Below are positions 1 through 9,936 of a DNA stretch of 64,000 bases, one piece after another; the first letter of the stretch is position 1, and the number at the start of each line of letters is the position of its first letter. Source of the stretch: Alphaproteobacteria bacterium (GTDB lineage: Bacteria > Pseudomonadota > Alphaproteobacteria > UBA828). The notes beneath the pieces were generated by a model. It made no database searches, was not told the DNA's origin, and saw only the letters and a list, made by a program, of their open reading frames with translations. Made by a program: the position numbers and the translations under genes. The stretch spans positions 2,112,001-2,176,000 of the forward strand of contig CBDEFM010000002.1 in NCBI GenBank assembly GCA_965237415.1, read 5' to 3'.

Positions 1-713
1 ACGAAAGTCTCGATGAGCACGGGCGTTGTGTTGTAGCGCTCGGTCCAGTCCTCGGGCAGGCGCCGGCGGATGATGGCGAGGATGTGCGAGCCCAGGTTGG
101 GGATATTGATCCAGGGCAGGATCAGGAACCGCGGGTTATCGACCACGAGGGGGAGGTTCTTCTCGCGCAGTTGCGGCGTCCACCCGATGAAGGTGTCGCG
201 CGGGGCGAGCTTCCAGGCGGCGGTGGAGAAGCCGAGCATGGCGACGGGCCAGCCGTTGCGGTCGTGGGCGGCGTAGCGCATCTGGGCGCCGACCAGGGTC
301 CTGTAGCCGAGATAGTGGTAGCGGGCGATGAACTCGTTCCACAGCTTGCCCTCCCGGGTGCCGCGCACGACGGGCCGCAGGGTGAGCGGACGGACCTCGT
401 CGAGGGTTGTCGGCGTCGGGAACAGCGGCGGTTGGGTGTGCGGTCCGAAGATGATGGGCTTGGGCCGGTTCTGCCGTCCCTGCTTCGGCGGCAGAACGAT
501 GAGGCCGTCGCGGTGCATATCGAGCATGGTGACCCTGGCCATCATGTCCTTGAGGCCGCCGTCGGGCTTGAACCAGCCGATGCGCCGGCAGAACGCCTTC
601 GACAGGCGATGGCGGTTCAGCGCCGGAGGGTCGGCGATCAGGGCGCGCAGCAGCGCCATCTCTTCGGCGGTGAAGTCGCGGCCGTAATAGCGGCACTCGA
701 CGGCGCCGGTCAT
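1..713 (-). CDS. DUF4338 (DruA-like) domain protein, partial (runs off window start)
   Basis: Manual translation from ATG 713 (ATGA overlap with IS66 stop): MTGAVECRYYGRDFT...WNEFIARYHYLGY...GFSTAAWKLAPRDTFIGW...NPRFLILPWINIPNLGSHIL...PVLIETF; absent from the ORF track because there is no stop in the window. Confidence 0.8.
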   Translation of the reverse strand, partial: MTGAVECRYYGRDFTAEEMALLRALIADPPALNRHRLSKAFCRRIGWFKPDGGLKDMMARVTMLDMHRDGLIVLPPKQGRQNRPKPIIFGPHTQPPLFPTPTTLDEVRPLTLRPVVRGTREGKLWNEFIARYHYLGYRTLVGAQMRYAAHDRNGWPVAMLGFSTAAWKLAPRDTFIGWTPQLREKNLPLVVDNPRFLILPWINIPNLGSHILAIIRRRLPEDWTERYNTTPVLIETF

Positions 714-3271
714 CCCGGCGCCGTCAGTGCGAGCCTGTGTTCCTCGTTCATCGACCATGGCAGCCAAGGCGACAGGTCGTCCGGCGGTCGACGGCCATTC
801 TTCGCGCATTCTTCCAGCCACGCCTCAAGCCAGCGCAGGACATCGATGCCGTTCAACGCGAGGGTGCCCACCACCGAGTACATCATGGCCGTGAACCGGG
901 CGCCGGTCTCGCTGTCGGAGCCGAACGACAGGCGTCTTCCGATCGCTGGCCCTCTGAGCATCCTTTCGGCGAGATTGTTGTCCATCGGCGTCAGCGGGCG
1001 GTCGACGAAGACGCTCAGCCCCTCGCGATGGTTGATGAGCGAGCGCAGGGCCTTGCCCTCACGCGCCTCGTCGGGCAGGCCGGCGAGCTCCCGTTCGGCC
1101 TGCGCGAACAGGCCGTCGAGCGTCTCCTTCAGCGCGCCCTGTGCCGTGTCGAACGCCGGCGTCTGGCGCTCAAGCCCGGCGCCGTAATGCTCCAGCCGCG
1201 CCTCGTTCAGGCGGTAGATCGACGCGATCCGCTCGATCCATCCCCGGCACCATTCCGTCAGGCTGACCTGGCCGGCCGCGCACTCGATAAAATCGCGCCG
1301 TTGATGAGACCAGCAGAACGCAAGGGTCACCAGCCCCCCGCGAAGGCGAGCGAGCCGCTTGTAGGCGCTATAGCGGTCGCAGACGATGACCGTGTGGAGG
1401 AGGGCCGCCGCGAACAGCTTCTCCGCCGCTTCGGCGCTGCGCGAAGGGTCGATATGGAAGTAGACGGCATCGCTGCTGACCGAGGTCCACAGCCAGGCGC
1501 GGCTCGACCGGTCTTCCCCGCGAAGCTCTTGCACGCGCCAGCTGGTTTCGTCGGCATGGCGCAGCGCCGCCTTGTCCTGGTGCGCGAGGATCGCCCCGGC
1601 GACTGGCTCGAACAGTGGCACGAAGCGGAGCATGCTGTCGGCGAGCGTGCCGGGAGAGATCGGCAGCCCCCGGTCGGACAGCCACGCGGCGACCCGCTTG
1701 AGCGGGCGGTAGCAGGCATAGCGTTCGAACAGGACGCAGGCCCACACGCTGATTCCGTAGGGCGTGTTGCGGAACAACCGCGGCACCGGGGGCGCCGACA
1801 CTTCGATCGGCGACGACGCGCAGCCGCAGGCCCGGCGCCAGCGCGGACGGCGGATCACACGCTTGTGGGCCTTGACGTCGATCTCGACGAGCGGGGAGAT
1901 ATCGGCGCCGATCGCCGCATAGGGCTTGCCGCAACAGGAGCACACACGCGCCTCCTTCGGCGGGTTGATCTCCTCCTCGCGCTCCTCGAGCCCGGGCCGT
2001 CGGGTACGGCCATGGCCTGGGGCGCCGCGCTGCTGGCCGCGCGGGCGTCCGGAACGCGGCGTCTCCTGCTTCTCGCTCTTTCGGCCGAACAGCGCCTTCG
2101 ACAGCACCGCCCCGGTCGCGCGAAGCCTGGCAAGCTGCGCTTCCAGCGTCTGGATCCGATTCCACGACGCCTTCGCGCCCTTGCGCAGCCGGGCGTTCTC
2201 CCTGGACAGCGATTTGATCGTGGCCTTCTGGCGCCGCGATCTCCGCAATGCCCTGCGCAGGTCGGCATCCGCAATGGACAGCGACTTCGACAGCGTCTTC
2301 CTGACCGCTCGAAGCCCGGCAAGCTCGGACTCAAGCGCCTTTCTGATTGCACGAAGTTTGGCAGGCTGAACCTCCAGCGACGCTTGCCGCCTCTCCAACT
2401 TCCGCACGGTCCTGCGCAGCCGGGCGTTCTCCTTGCCGAACGACGTGATCGTGGCCTTCTGGCGCCGAGATCTCCTCAGGGCTGTACGAAGTTGAGCAGC
2501 CTCGTCGCACGACAACTTTGACAGCGTCGCCCCGGTCGCGCGAAGCTTGGTAAGCCGCGCCTTCAATTTGTCCTTTTGGGCCTCGGACACGTTCAGAGCA
2601 ACGCGCAGCCGGTAGCCCTCGCCGGACAAGGATTTCACCGCGTCCTTCTGGTCGCGCAGTCGCCTCAGTTCCGCAACAAGACGAACGATCTCGCGGTTCT
2701 GCGATCCGATCGTCTCCTTGTGGGTTTCCGCGCCCTGCAAATCCTTGCGCAACTCACGGACCTCGTACTCCAGCAACCCGGCCTTCGCCGCCCGGGCCTG
2801 CGCCACCTTCAGAGCCTTGCGCAGCTGGTTGACCTCCGTGAGCGACACAACCGGGGGCTGCCTGGCGGCCTCGATGCGGGATTCCGAAGGCCGCTGCTCA
2901 AACCGCGTCACTTCCGCCTTCGATGATTGCGCGGCCTTCACCGCGCGACGCAGTTCCTTCACCTCGACGCGGGACGCCTCCAGCTTGCCCCGACAGCTGT
3001 CGAGCTGCCACTTGAAAGAACCCGCCCGGGAACGAGCATCCACATCTGACCGGCGCAGCTCTTCACAGCGTGCTTCGGCCGCGTCCGCCCGCGCCCGTTC
3101 CCGCTCCGCACGGGCGTGCTGCCGCTCGTACAGCGAACGCCAGTCGCGCGGCTGCTGCTCCAGCACGGACGCAGGGAACGACCAACCTGCATCGTCACCA
3201 TCGGCCTGCGTCAGCGCTGCGCCAATATCTTCGTCGAGAACCGCCATGCGCTCAACGATAGCCCATGGCAA
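710..3271 (-). CDS. IS66 family transposase (single ORF) with long N-terminal coiled coil
   Basis: LFGRKSEK, GGQ-like PRGQQRGAPGHG, CSCCG zinc ribbon, HADETSW, CDRYSAY, FCWSHQRR, MDNNLAERMLR motifs. Confidence 0.92.
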   Translation of the reverse strand: MPWAIVERMAVLDEDIGAALTQADGDDAGWSFPASVLEQQPRDWRSLYERQHARAERERARADAAEARCEELRRSDVDARSRAGSFKWQLDSCRGKLEASRVEVKELRRAVKAAQSSKAEVTRFEQRPSESRIEAARQPPVVSLTEVNQLRKALKVAQARAAKAGLLEYEVRELRKDLQGAETHKETIGSQNREIVRLVAELRRLRDQKDAVKSLSGEGYRLRVALNVSEAQKDKLKARLTKLRATGATLSKLSCDEAAQLRTALRRSRRQKATITSFGKENARLRRTVRKLERRQASLEVQPAKLRAIRKALESELAGLRAVRKTLSKSLSIADADLRRALRRSRRQKATIKSLSRENARLRKGAKASWNRIQTLEAQLARLRATGAVLSKALFGRKSEKQETPRSGRPRGQQRGAPGHGRTRRPGLEEREEEINPPKEARVCSCCGKPYAAIGADISPLVEIDVKAHKRVIRRPRWRRACGCASSPIEVSAPPVPRLFRNTPYGISVWACVLFERYACYRPLKRVAAWLSDRGLPISPGTLADSMLRFVPLFEPVAGAILAHQDKAALRHADETSWRVQELRGEDRSSRAWLWTSVSSDAVYFHIDPSRSAEAAEKLFAAALLHTVIVCDRYSAYKRLARLRGGLVTLAFCWSHQRRDFIECAAGQVSLTEWCRGWIERIASIYRLNEARLEHYGAGLERQTPAFDTAQGALKETLDGLFAQAERELAGLPDEAREGKALRSLINHREGLSVFVDRPLTPMDNNLAERMLRGPAIGRRLSFGSDSETGARFTAMMYSVVGTLALNGIDVLRWLEAWLEECAKNGRRPPDDLSPWLPWSMNEEHRLALTAPG

Positions 3272-3334
3272 AACGCGTTACCAGCCCAATTTTAGAGTTC
3301 ATCCCGACATGGATGATGAGCCCAACGTCGGCCT

Positions 3335-3358
3335 ATACCGGCCCGACCGAACCTTTAC
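3335..3358 (-). mobile_element. IS66 terminal inverted repeat (upstream end of the transposase element)
   Basis: Reverse complement GTAAAGGTTCGGTCGGGCCGGTAT; IS66 ends begin GTAA. Confidence 0.85.
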
Positions 3359-3365
3359 AGAGGTC

Positions 3366-4528
3366 GTAAAGGTTCGGTCGAGCCGGTATGGGGGTGAGTG
3401 AAAGTTTCGTCGTGCGGCGATGACGGGATTCGTATCAGCGGCTGCAGGGATAGGCTCCCCTGGGTTCCTAGGGCAGCCTGTCGCGGTCGTAGCATCCGCG
3501 CCGCTGAGTGGTCTCAACACAGCCCCTTCGCGATGCCTTGTATACGGCGCCTGTGAAGGTTAAGGAACCAGTGCCGATCGCCCCCAGAACCAGCAACGCG
3601 ACATCCCATGGCGACGAGAGTGCCGGGGCGGGGCACATGATCGAGCGGCATGACCGCAACGACCAGGAGGCGCAAGTGGTCAAGATCGGGGTGCTTATCG
3701 TCGGCTCGCTGTATTGGGACCTTGAGTCACCTCGACCGCGCTGGCGTGCCGAACGCCTTGACTGTGCGCATCAGGAGCATGTGAGGGTCCCCATCCGCTA
3801 CGGACGGCGCTCAACCAAGAGGGGATATTCTTACACCATGGTTGTCTCGCCGGCGCTGGGTGCCGACGAATTGGGCACTGCGATCGCGGTCCCATACCAT
3901 TCCTGCAATCTCGTTGAGGAGGCCGAAGAGCTTTGGGCGGCCGAGGACAACAGCAATAATGCGCCGACGGGCCGCATTTCGGCTGGCTTCGGCTGCGTGG
4001 CTCTTCTGGAAAACCCAGACCTTCTCCTTTCGGACGAACTGCGCAAGGCGTGGACGGGCCGTGTAGAACGAGAGGAGGACTACAAGACTCCGATACGTAT
4101 GGATGGGGAAGACAGAGACGTGGTCGATCCGCGTTCCGGCTTCCTGACAATCGATTGGCCGCGGACGGTGGCCGGACCGCCACTCGGTTGGAGCGCGCTG
4201 CTTGTCACCGCGACCAGCCCCAGGGGCCCCCAGCGGTCTTCTCGCCGCCACCCCTCGCCACGGGAGATCGCCGACGCTTGGAACATTCCGGAAGACCGCG
4301 ACTCGCGGTCTCGCCGAACGGTGGACTACTTCTGGAAGAACCGGGAAAACGGGATCACGACCCATCAGGACCCTGAGATCCAGGCTCAGCTCAGGCAACT
4401 GGGCCTGACGCCGTAACTGATCGGCCCGACCCCACATGTTGATCCGAACTGACATACCCACCGGTTCGGGCAGGACACCGGATTGCGACGACTCAGGCGC
4501 CGTGATACCGGCCCCACCGAACCTTTAC
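3366..4528. mobile_element. Non-autonomous IS66-ended cassette carrying one passenger gene
   Basis: 24-bp inverted ends GTAAAGGTTCGGTCGAGCCGGTAT (3366-3389) and rc GTAAAGGTTCGGTGGGGCCGGTAT (4505-4528); flanked by AGAGGTC (3359-3365) and GAGAGGTC (4529-4536); no transposase inside. Confidence 0.8.
3676..4416 (+). CDS. Hypothetical passenger protein, possible gamma-glutamylcyclotransferase-like fold
   Basis: AGGAGG then GTG 3676; N-terminal KIGVLIVGSLYWD resembles the GGCT/ChaC 'GSLxW' loop. Confidence 0.55.
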   Translation: MVKIGVLIVGSLYWDLESPRPRWRAERLDCAHQEHVRVPIRYGRRSTKRGYSYTMVVSPALGADELGTAIAVPYHSCNLVEEAEELWAAEDNSNNAPTGRISAGFGCVALLENPDLLLSDELRKAWTGRVEREEDYKTPIRMDGEDRDVVDPRSGFLTIDWPRTVAGPPLGWSALLVTATSPRGPQRSSRRHPSPREIADAWNIPEDRDSRSRRTVDYFWKNRENGITTHQDPEIQAQLRQLGLTP

Positions 4529-4583
4529 GAGAGGTCGACCGTAACGCCCGCGTCGACGCGGCCTGTCACCCGACGCGCCGCGT

Positions 4584-5196
4584 TCATCGTTTCGGACGCC
4601 GTGATCCGTTCCCGTGGCTGGCGAGCGGGCCGCGCCGCCGCCGCGCCATGTTCTCCATGCCGAAACGGGCCCTCGCCTCGTCGAAGCCGATCGGATTGAA
4701 CGGCCCGCCATACCAGCGGACCATGTCCCGGTGTTCCTCGTGCGCCGGATCGAGGACCGCCTCCAGAAAGTCCATAAAGCAGTCCGCGCCGCCGACGTCC
4801 TCCGGCGCACAGCGCCGGGCCCCGTCCACGAAGGCCGGATACTCCATATCCGGATCGCCGTCGCGAACGTCCTCGACGATCACGTCGTGGCGCCAGTTGT
4901 CACCGTAGTCGTAGACGTAGACGAACCGGTCCGCGCCCCGCGCGATCGCGGTGCCCAGCCGCAGGCCCTTCGTCTTGTAGACCGGCGGCTCGTCGTCGAA
5001 CTCGCGCAACGACGGATCGCCGTAGCACCGGCCGTCGATCTCGAATTCCCAGAGGTGCGAGAATGTCCAGCCCATGGTCATCTGGATCGCCTCCTGCAAG
5101 GCCTCCAGCGTCGTAGACAGCGGCATGTCGATGCGCCGCCACATCTTCGGCTCCAGCTCCTGCAGCTCGATGCGCAGCCGCGATCCGCTCGCTCAC
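4584..5196 (-). pseudogene. Plasmid pRiA4b ORF-3 (IS1096 passenger TnpR-like) family protein, 5' frameshift
   Basis: WRRIDMP..TLEALQEAIQ..MGW..SHLWEF, YVYDYGDNWRH, CAPEDVGG; upstream LRIELQELEPK is in frame, but the GTG start at 5196 is shifted (ATCGCGGCTG, about 2 nt missing). Confidence 0.7.
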
Positions 5197-5746
5197 CGCC
5201 CCGTTCCCTCGGCCTTCCGTTCGCCCGACAGGGCATAGGACCGGCGCCGGAACCCGTCAATCGGCACCTCTTGCGGCCTCGGATCGATGCGTGCGCGGTT
5301 GCCGCCACCGAGGCGGGCCAGCGCATCGCGGCATGTTCATGCTTGATTTGCCAGAATGCCTGCAGGCGCAAGCAGAATGCAGTCTAACCCGTTAATTGTG
5401 CAGGATTTCCCGGTAGCGGGGGCACCGGTTCCCGGCACGCTCGTCTTCGTACCGTAAGCAGCCGGATTCAACCTCACGTCCCTGCATGGTGTCCGTTGGC
5501 CTCATCACCGAAATTGAGAGCTTAACCATCGATCTCCCGACCATCATCATTGGAAACTGCGGCTTTAGAAACACCCGCCGCAAGACCAGTCACGCCGGAC
5601 GCTTACTCAGCATGCCGAGATATCGATTCCGCTGCATTCAACGGGAGTCATTCGCCGATGCCGATAAACAACGGCGCAAAAGCGGAGAGACCGACTCGCC
5701 CGCCTCCGGAATGTCGGCCTCGGTGATCGCCGGGGGTTCATGCATT

Positions 5747-5949
5747 CGCTCCCTGAGGTCGCTGAGGGTTCAATTTGCGGCGCCTGGGTAGCACGCTGCG
5801 GTGTCCGGTGCGAGACGATGGCGCGCTTTCTCGCCGACGGCTCGCACTCCAGGGCCCGGCGCGCCTTTCGGTCGGACACCGCCCTGGCCGGCTCTACACC
5901 GACCGTCCACGCAGAATATACCAACGTTATCCGTGTCTCCCGCGTTCGG
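5747..5949 (-). repeat. ~200-bp degenerate direct repeat, copy 1 (HU-leader-like)
   Basis: Shares blocks TAGCACGCT.CGGTGTCCGG, ACACCGACCGTCCACGC.GAATAT and ATCCGTGTCT.CCGCGTTCGG with 8829-9023. Confidence 0.75.
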
Positions 5950-6006
5950 GGCGGCCTTCAGTCGTCCTTACCGCAGATACGGGCGTATTCCTTTCCCGAT
6001 CAGCTC

Positions 6007-7029
6007 TCAGCCATCGGCTCGTTTGACCAGCATTTCGGCAAGCCGATCCAGCTCGTCCCCTTGATTTTCCATGATCTTGTCCGCCTCGTGCAGCAGGGCA
6101 ATGATATTAGCCCGGTGCGCGGCGTCCAGGTCGTCCAACGCATCCTCCAGACGGATATCGAAGCGGAAGTACCGCTGTTCCCGGGTGTCATCGGCGGAAT
6201 CGGGCAGCAGTTGCCGGGCATGGTAGTCCGCTGAATCAGACATGCCATCCATCATCACGGAAATAACCGGCTTGGCCCAGCCGAGCGGTCCCCAGTCTTT
6301 GGCGTCCTCGTAGGGAATTTTGCGATCGTTCATCCCGGTGCCAGCAGCACACAGGAGGATCTCGTTCATGTCGGTCCCGGAGGACAGCGCCTCCGAGAGC
6401 GCGATCATGGACGGGTTGTTCGCGAACACCCCACCGTCGACAAGCGCTCGCCGGTTGTCCTTTTCGCCTTTCCATTGCTCTTCGTCCAGAAGGAACGCCT
6501 CGAAAAAGGTCGGAGCGGCGGAGGTCGCGCGCGCAACGTGGCGGAGAAGATGGTTGCGGCCTTCCTCTCCGGCACGAGCCTTGCTGGTTTTGAACAGGTA
6601 GGGTTCGCGCTTCTCAATATCGTAGGATGTCACGATGATGTCCGGCACGGTATCCGACAGTTCCGCATCGCCCAGCATTTCATGCAGGATGCCCTCCAGT
6701 GGCGCGGCATCGTATTTTTCATCCGAAAGCCCGCCCAGGCTGGTCACCCCCTTCCAGAGAGAGCGACTGAAGATCTTGTGCCCACGCTCGGAATAGAGCT
6801 GAACCAACTCTTTTGCGGAGCACGGGCCTCCGGCTTGTCCTTTCTCCGGCCGTGCGAGGCCGGTCGCCAGGATGCCGCCGGTCGATGTGCCGACGATCAG
6901 GTCGAAGAGTTCGTGGATGCACCGTCCTGTCCGGTTTTCGAGTGCCTGCAGGACGCTGGCCGGTATCAGGCCCCGGATGCCGCCACCGTCGAGGCTCAGG
7001 ATGGTCTTGTAACCGGCTTCTTTAGCCAT
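6007..7029 (-). CDS. Patatin-like phospholipase (CapV-like)
   Basis: DGGGIRG, GTSTG, ATSAAP, DGG motifs. Confidence 0.92.
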   Translation of the reverse strand: MAKEAGYKTILSLDGGGIRGLIPASVLQALENRTGRCIHELFDLIVGTSTGGILATGLARPEKGQAGGPCSAKELVQLYSERGHKIFSRSLWKGVTSLGGLSDEKYDAAPLEGILHEMLGDAELSDTVPDIIVTSYDIEKREPYLFKTSKARAGEEGRNHLLRHVARATSAAPTFFEAFLLDEEQWKGEKDNRRALVDGGVFANNPSMIALSEALSSGTDMNEILLCAAGTGMNDRKIPYEDAKDWGPLGWAKPVISVMMDGMSDSADYHARQLLPDSADDTREQRYFRFDIRLEDALDDLDAAHRANIIALLHEADKIMENQGDELDRLAEMLVKRADG

Positions 7030-7331
7030 TGACCCTTTCCTTTTTCCGAATTACGATATGAATAGAATCAACCATAACAAGTGTTACACAACAAGTGTTA
7101 ACGGCATTCCAATCATGCTCCACGTAAGCGTCTGGGCGGTCTGGACGCGGCGGCTCAAAATGGGCCTCCTATAGCCCCTTGTCTGTTTGGGCACGGGGCG
7201 GAGGATGTACCGAGTGGAGTTCCACGCGGCAGTTCCTCTGACGGTTATCGATTACGCCGTGTCTCCCGACCCAAGGTGCGCCTCGCTATTTACAATTTCA
7301 ATGAGCGTGAGAAATAAAGGGAAAGCCAATC

Positions 7332-7532
7332 ATGAACGTGCCCATCTTAACCGTCATCGTAACTCTAAGTCTGTGTTCTCTAGCTCTTGGGGACGAGAAT
7401 CCACTGCCGGACGCTTCTGATGCTTCCAAAGCGGACAATTCCGGCACGGAGTATAAAACGCAAAGCTCTGGAACGATAGGCGATTTTTGTGACGAAAATC
7501 CGTCAGCTCCTCAGTGCCCACAGGCCCAGTAG
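7332..7532 (+). CDS. Small secreted protein
   Basis: Signal peptide-like N-terminus, C-terminal Cys pair, AAGGGA upstream; low GC. Confidence 0.5.
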   Translation: MNVPILTVIVTLSLCSLALGDENPLPDASDASKADNSGTEYKTQSSGTIGDFCDENPSAPQCPQAQ

Positions 7533-7555
7533 AAGGAAGATACAAGGGAATAATC

Positions 7556-8125
7556 ATGGCTGAACAAAATGAACAAAATGCACTTGGTAGAGTTGTACAG
7601 TGGGCAACATTGTTCGGTATTTTAATTGGTATCGCCACATTAATTTTCGCTTGGTGCGAATACAAAAGTAATCAGAATAGCGAGAGAATCAACAGAACTC
7701 TTCAGTTTTCCGAAGACTATCGCAGCGGACAATTCTTAAAAACGAGAAGGAATGTGCTTATGGTTTATCAGGATGCACGATACGATAAATCCGGCGCACG
7801 CCGCTCATGGCAAGAGAAGGTGAAGTTTATGGACGAGAGGTTAAGCGTAGGAATTGACGCCATTGACTACGGATTGACTATGGAATTTTTTGATACACTC
7901 CAGGTTTGCACAATTCAGAACATCTGTGACGAAGAATCAGCGCTCAACCTATTCTCATATGATGCGTGCTATCTCCTTAATGTATATTTTCCTTTTGTTA
8001 TAGAACGCGTGCGTAAGGATAAACTACACGCCTATGGGCTGCGGTATTTCGCTAAACGGTACATAGATGATAAAGGAGCTTCCTGCTTTGCGGAACAACA
8101 ATTACCCGACGATATAAGACTATAG
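7556..8125 (+). CDS. Membrane-anchored hypothetical protein (DUF4760-like)
   Basis: N-terminal TM helix followed by helical domain (FFDTLQVC...ICDE); low GC. Confidence 0.6.
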   Translation: MAEQNEQNALGRVVQWATLFGILIGIATLIFAWCEYKSNQNSERINRTLQFSEDYRSGQFLKTRRNVLMVYQDARYDKSGARRSWQEKVKFMDERLSVGIDAIDYGLTMEFFDTLQVCTIQNICDEESALNLFSYDACYLLNVYFPFVIERVRKDKLHAYGLRYFAKRYIDDKGASCFAEQQLPDDIRL

Positions 8126-8544
8126 AATGTCGGTTGTGAGGTTTGTAGATAGAAAATTTTCCTCAAAATTAGTCTTCTTCCATTCTTTGTGCCTTCCGCC
8201 CGCGCCCGTGCCTTCCGTCATGCGCTTTAACTCGCCCTCATCGTCTTTCCCCAGAAAGCGACGGGTCCAAAGAAATCGATCCTCCATTGCCTGCCTCGCC
8301 ACCGTCTAGAGTCGCCATTTGGAGCCAGACATCGAAATCCTGTTGTTTCTGCTTGATTTGTCATCTCGTCGCCAATCAGACAACCGAATAGCCTCCAAGC
8401 CGTTGGCCTGCCACGGGTCCTGATAACGCCGAACGCTCAACGCCTGGACGCCCGTCTTCGTGCGGCAACCGCCCGGTTTCAACATCCAGGGCGTTGGTGG
8501 CGTCGTGTGTCCCGATCAACGTCCAATCTCCGTACTCACTACCC

Positions 8545-8823
8545 CTAACCGTCATTCACCGCGTCCCTGAGCGGCTTGCCCGCCCTGAATGACGGTGTCT
8601 TCGAGGCCGGTATGGAAAGCACCTCGCCGGTCTGCGGGTTGCGCCCGGTACGGGCTGCCCGGCTCCTGGCGGCAAAGGTTCCGAAACCCGCAAGCCGAAC
8701 TTCCTCGCCCTTCGCCAGAGCCTCGCCGATCGCTTCGAACACGCCGTCGACCGCATTCTTTGCCACGGCCTTGCTCAATCCCAGCCGATCGGCCAGACGA
8801 TCGCTGATATCCGACTTGTTCAT
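8545..8823 (-). CDS. hup: HU family DNA-binding protein
   Basis: MNKSD...GEEVRLAGFGTF...RTGRNPQTGE...PSFRAGKPLRDAVN. Confidence 0.93.
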   Translation of the reverse strand: MNKSDISDRLADRLGLSKAVAKNAVDGVFEAIGEALAKGEEVRLAGFGTFAARSRAARTGRNPQTGEVLSIPASKTPSFRAGKPLRDAVNDG

Positions 8824-8828
8824 GCTCC

Positions 8829-9023
8829 CGCTCCCTGAGCTCGCGGAGGCCCAGTTTCCCGAGCCTGAGTAGCACGCTACGGTGTCCGGCGCGAGGCGCG
8901 GTTTCTCTCCGGCGGTTCGCGCGCCAGAACCCGGCGCCACTTTCGATTCGGCACAGCCAGGCCGGCTGCACACCGACCGTCCACGCCGAATATGCCACCA
9001 TCATCCGTGTCTTCCGCGTTCGG
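8829..9023 (-). repeat. ~200-bp degenerate direct repeat, copy 2 (directly upstream of HU start)
   Basis: See 5747-5949. Confidence 0.75.
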
Positions 9024-9049
9024 CAATAGCGCAACCCGCGAAGCCGCCG

Positions 9050-9315
9050 TCATCCTGGCCCGAACAGCGCATGGATGTCCTCTTCCGTGAGCGTCAGCGC
9101 GCCCTGGCCCGTGCCCTCGAAAAAGGCGTCCGCCAGGGCTTACTTGCGAAGCTGCATCCGCTGAATGGCGGCCTCCACGGTATTTTCGGCGATCAGGCGA
9201 TCAACCAATACCGGCTTGTCCTGACCGCTCCGGTGCGCCCGGTCCATCGCCTGTCGTTCCACCGCCGGGTTCCACCACGGATCGTAGACGATCACGGTGC
9301 CGGCCGCGGTCACCC
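9050..9315 (-). pseudogene. SNF2/SWI2 helicase C-terminal remnant
   Basis: [29 protein letters not shown]...TVE; internal TAA at 9140, then ALADAFFEG...DIHALFG*. Confidence 0.85.
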
Positions 9316-9598
9316 GAGCAGACGCCGCAGCCGCCCGATCCGCTGGTTTCCGGGTCGACACCGATCGCATCTCATCCGCGCGCACCCGGTGCGGCATCAC
9401 GCCGCTGCCTTCCGCGGCCTGCAAGGCCGCCCCGCTTCAGCCGATCCGGCCCTCGCGCGATCGATCCTGCCTTGCCGGCTCATCCCTGCCGCCCTGCCGC
9501 CGAGAGCGAGAGGGGGGCCGTGACGCGAGCGGCGGGCGGACGTTCGGGGAAAGGGCGCGCCCGCCGTTCCCACCCACGGACCGGGAGGAGGCCGGACG

Positions 9599-9922
9599 AT
9601 GCGGATTGCCGGAGCCATTCATCGCAGCGCCAGGACGTATTTGATCCACGAGTTCGGCCACGGCCTTGCCGGCGACCGCTACGTCGTCGAAAGGTATCGC
9701 TCGCTCTCCGATGGGGAGATCCGACCCGTCCAGGCCCAGCAGCCGAAGACCAAGGGGCGGTGCAAGTCGCGGCGCACAATCGCGAGCGTGAGCACCGTCA
9801 AGCGGATGCGGCCCGAGCGCGACGAGATCATCGTCTGTACCGCGCTCAACCTCAAAGGATCTGGAATCCAGCTATGGGGCGTCGCCGCCACGGGCCTGTA
9901 CGCCGCCCGCAACGTGCGCTGA
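9599..9922 (+). CDS. Hypothetical protein
   Basis: GGAGG RBS, 107 aa, directly precedes the Cys-rich ORF. Confidence 0.45.
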   Translation: MRIAGAIHRSARTYLIHEFGHGLAGDRYVVERYRSLSDGEIRPVQAQQPKTKGRCKSRRTIASVSTVKRMRPERDEIIVCTALNLKGSGIQLWGVAATGLYAARNVR

Positions 9923-9936
9923 GCGGGGCGCCGATC

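Noticed and set aside
1-713. Druantia defence system
   Set aside because: Only a DUF4338 gene coupled to a transposase is visible; no DruE helicase in the window.
84-2521. Long plus-strand ORFs (367 aa, 594 aa) and many similar antisense ORFs across the window
   Set aside because: Shadows of GC-rich real genes on the opposite strand; Arg/Ala/Pro-rich with no motifs.
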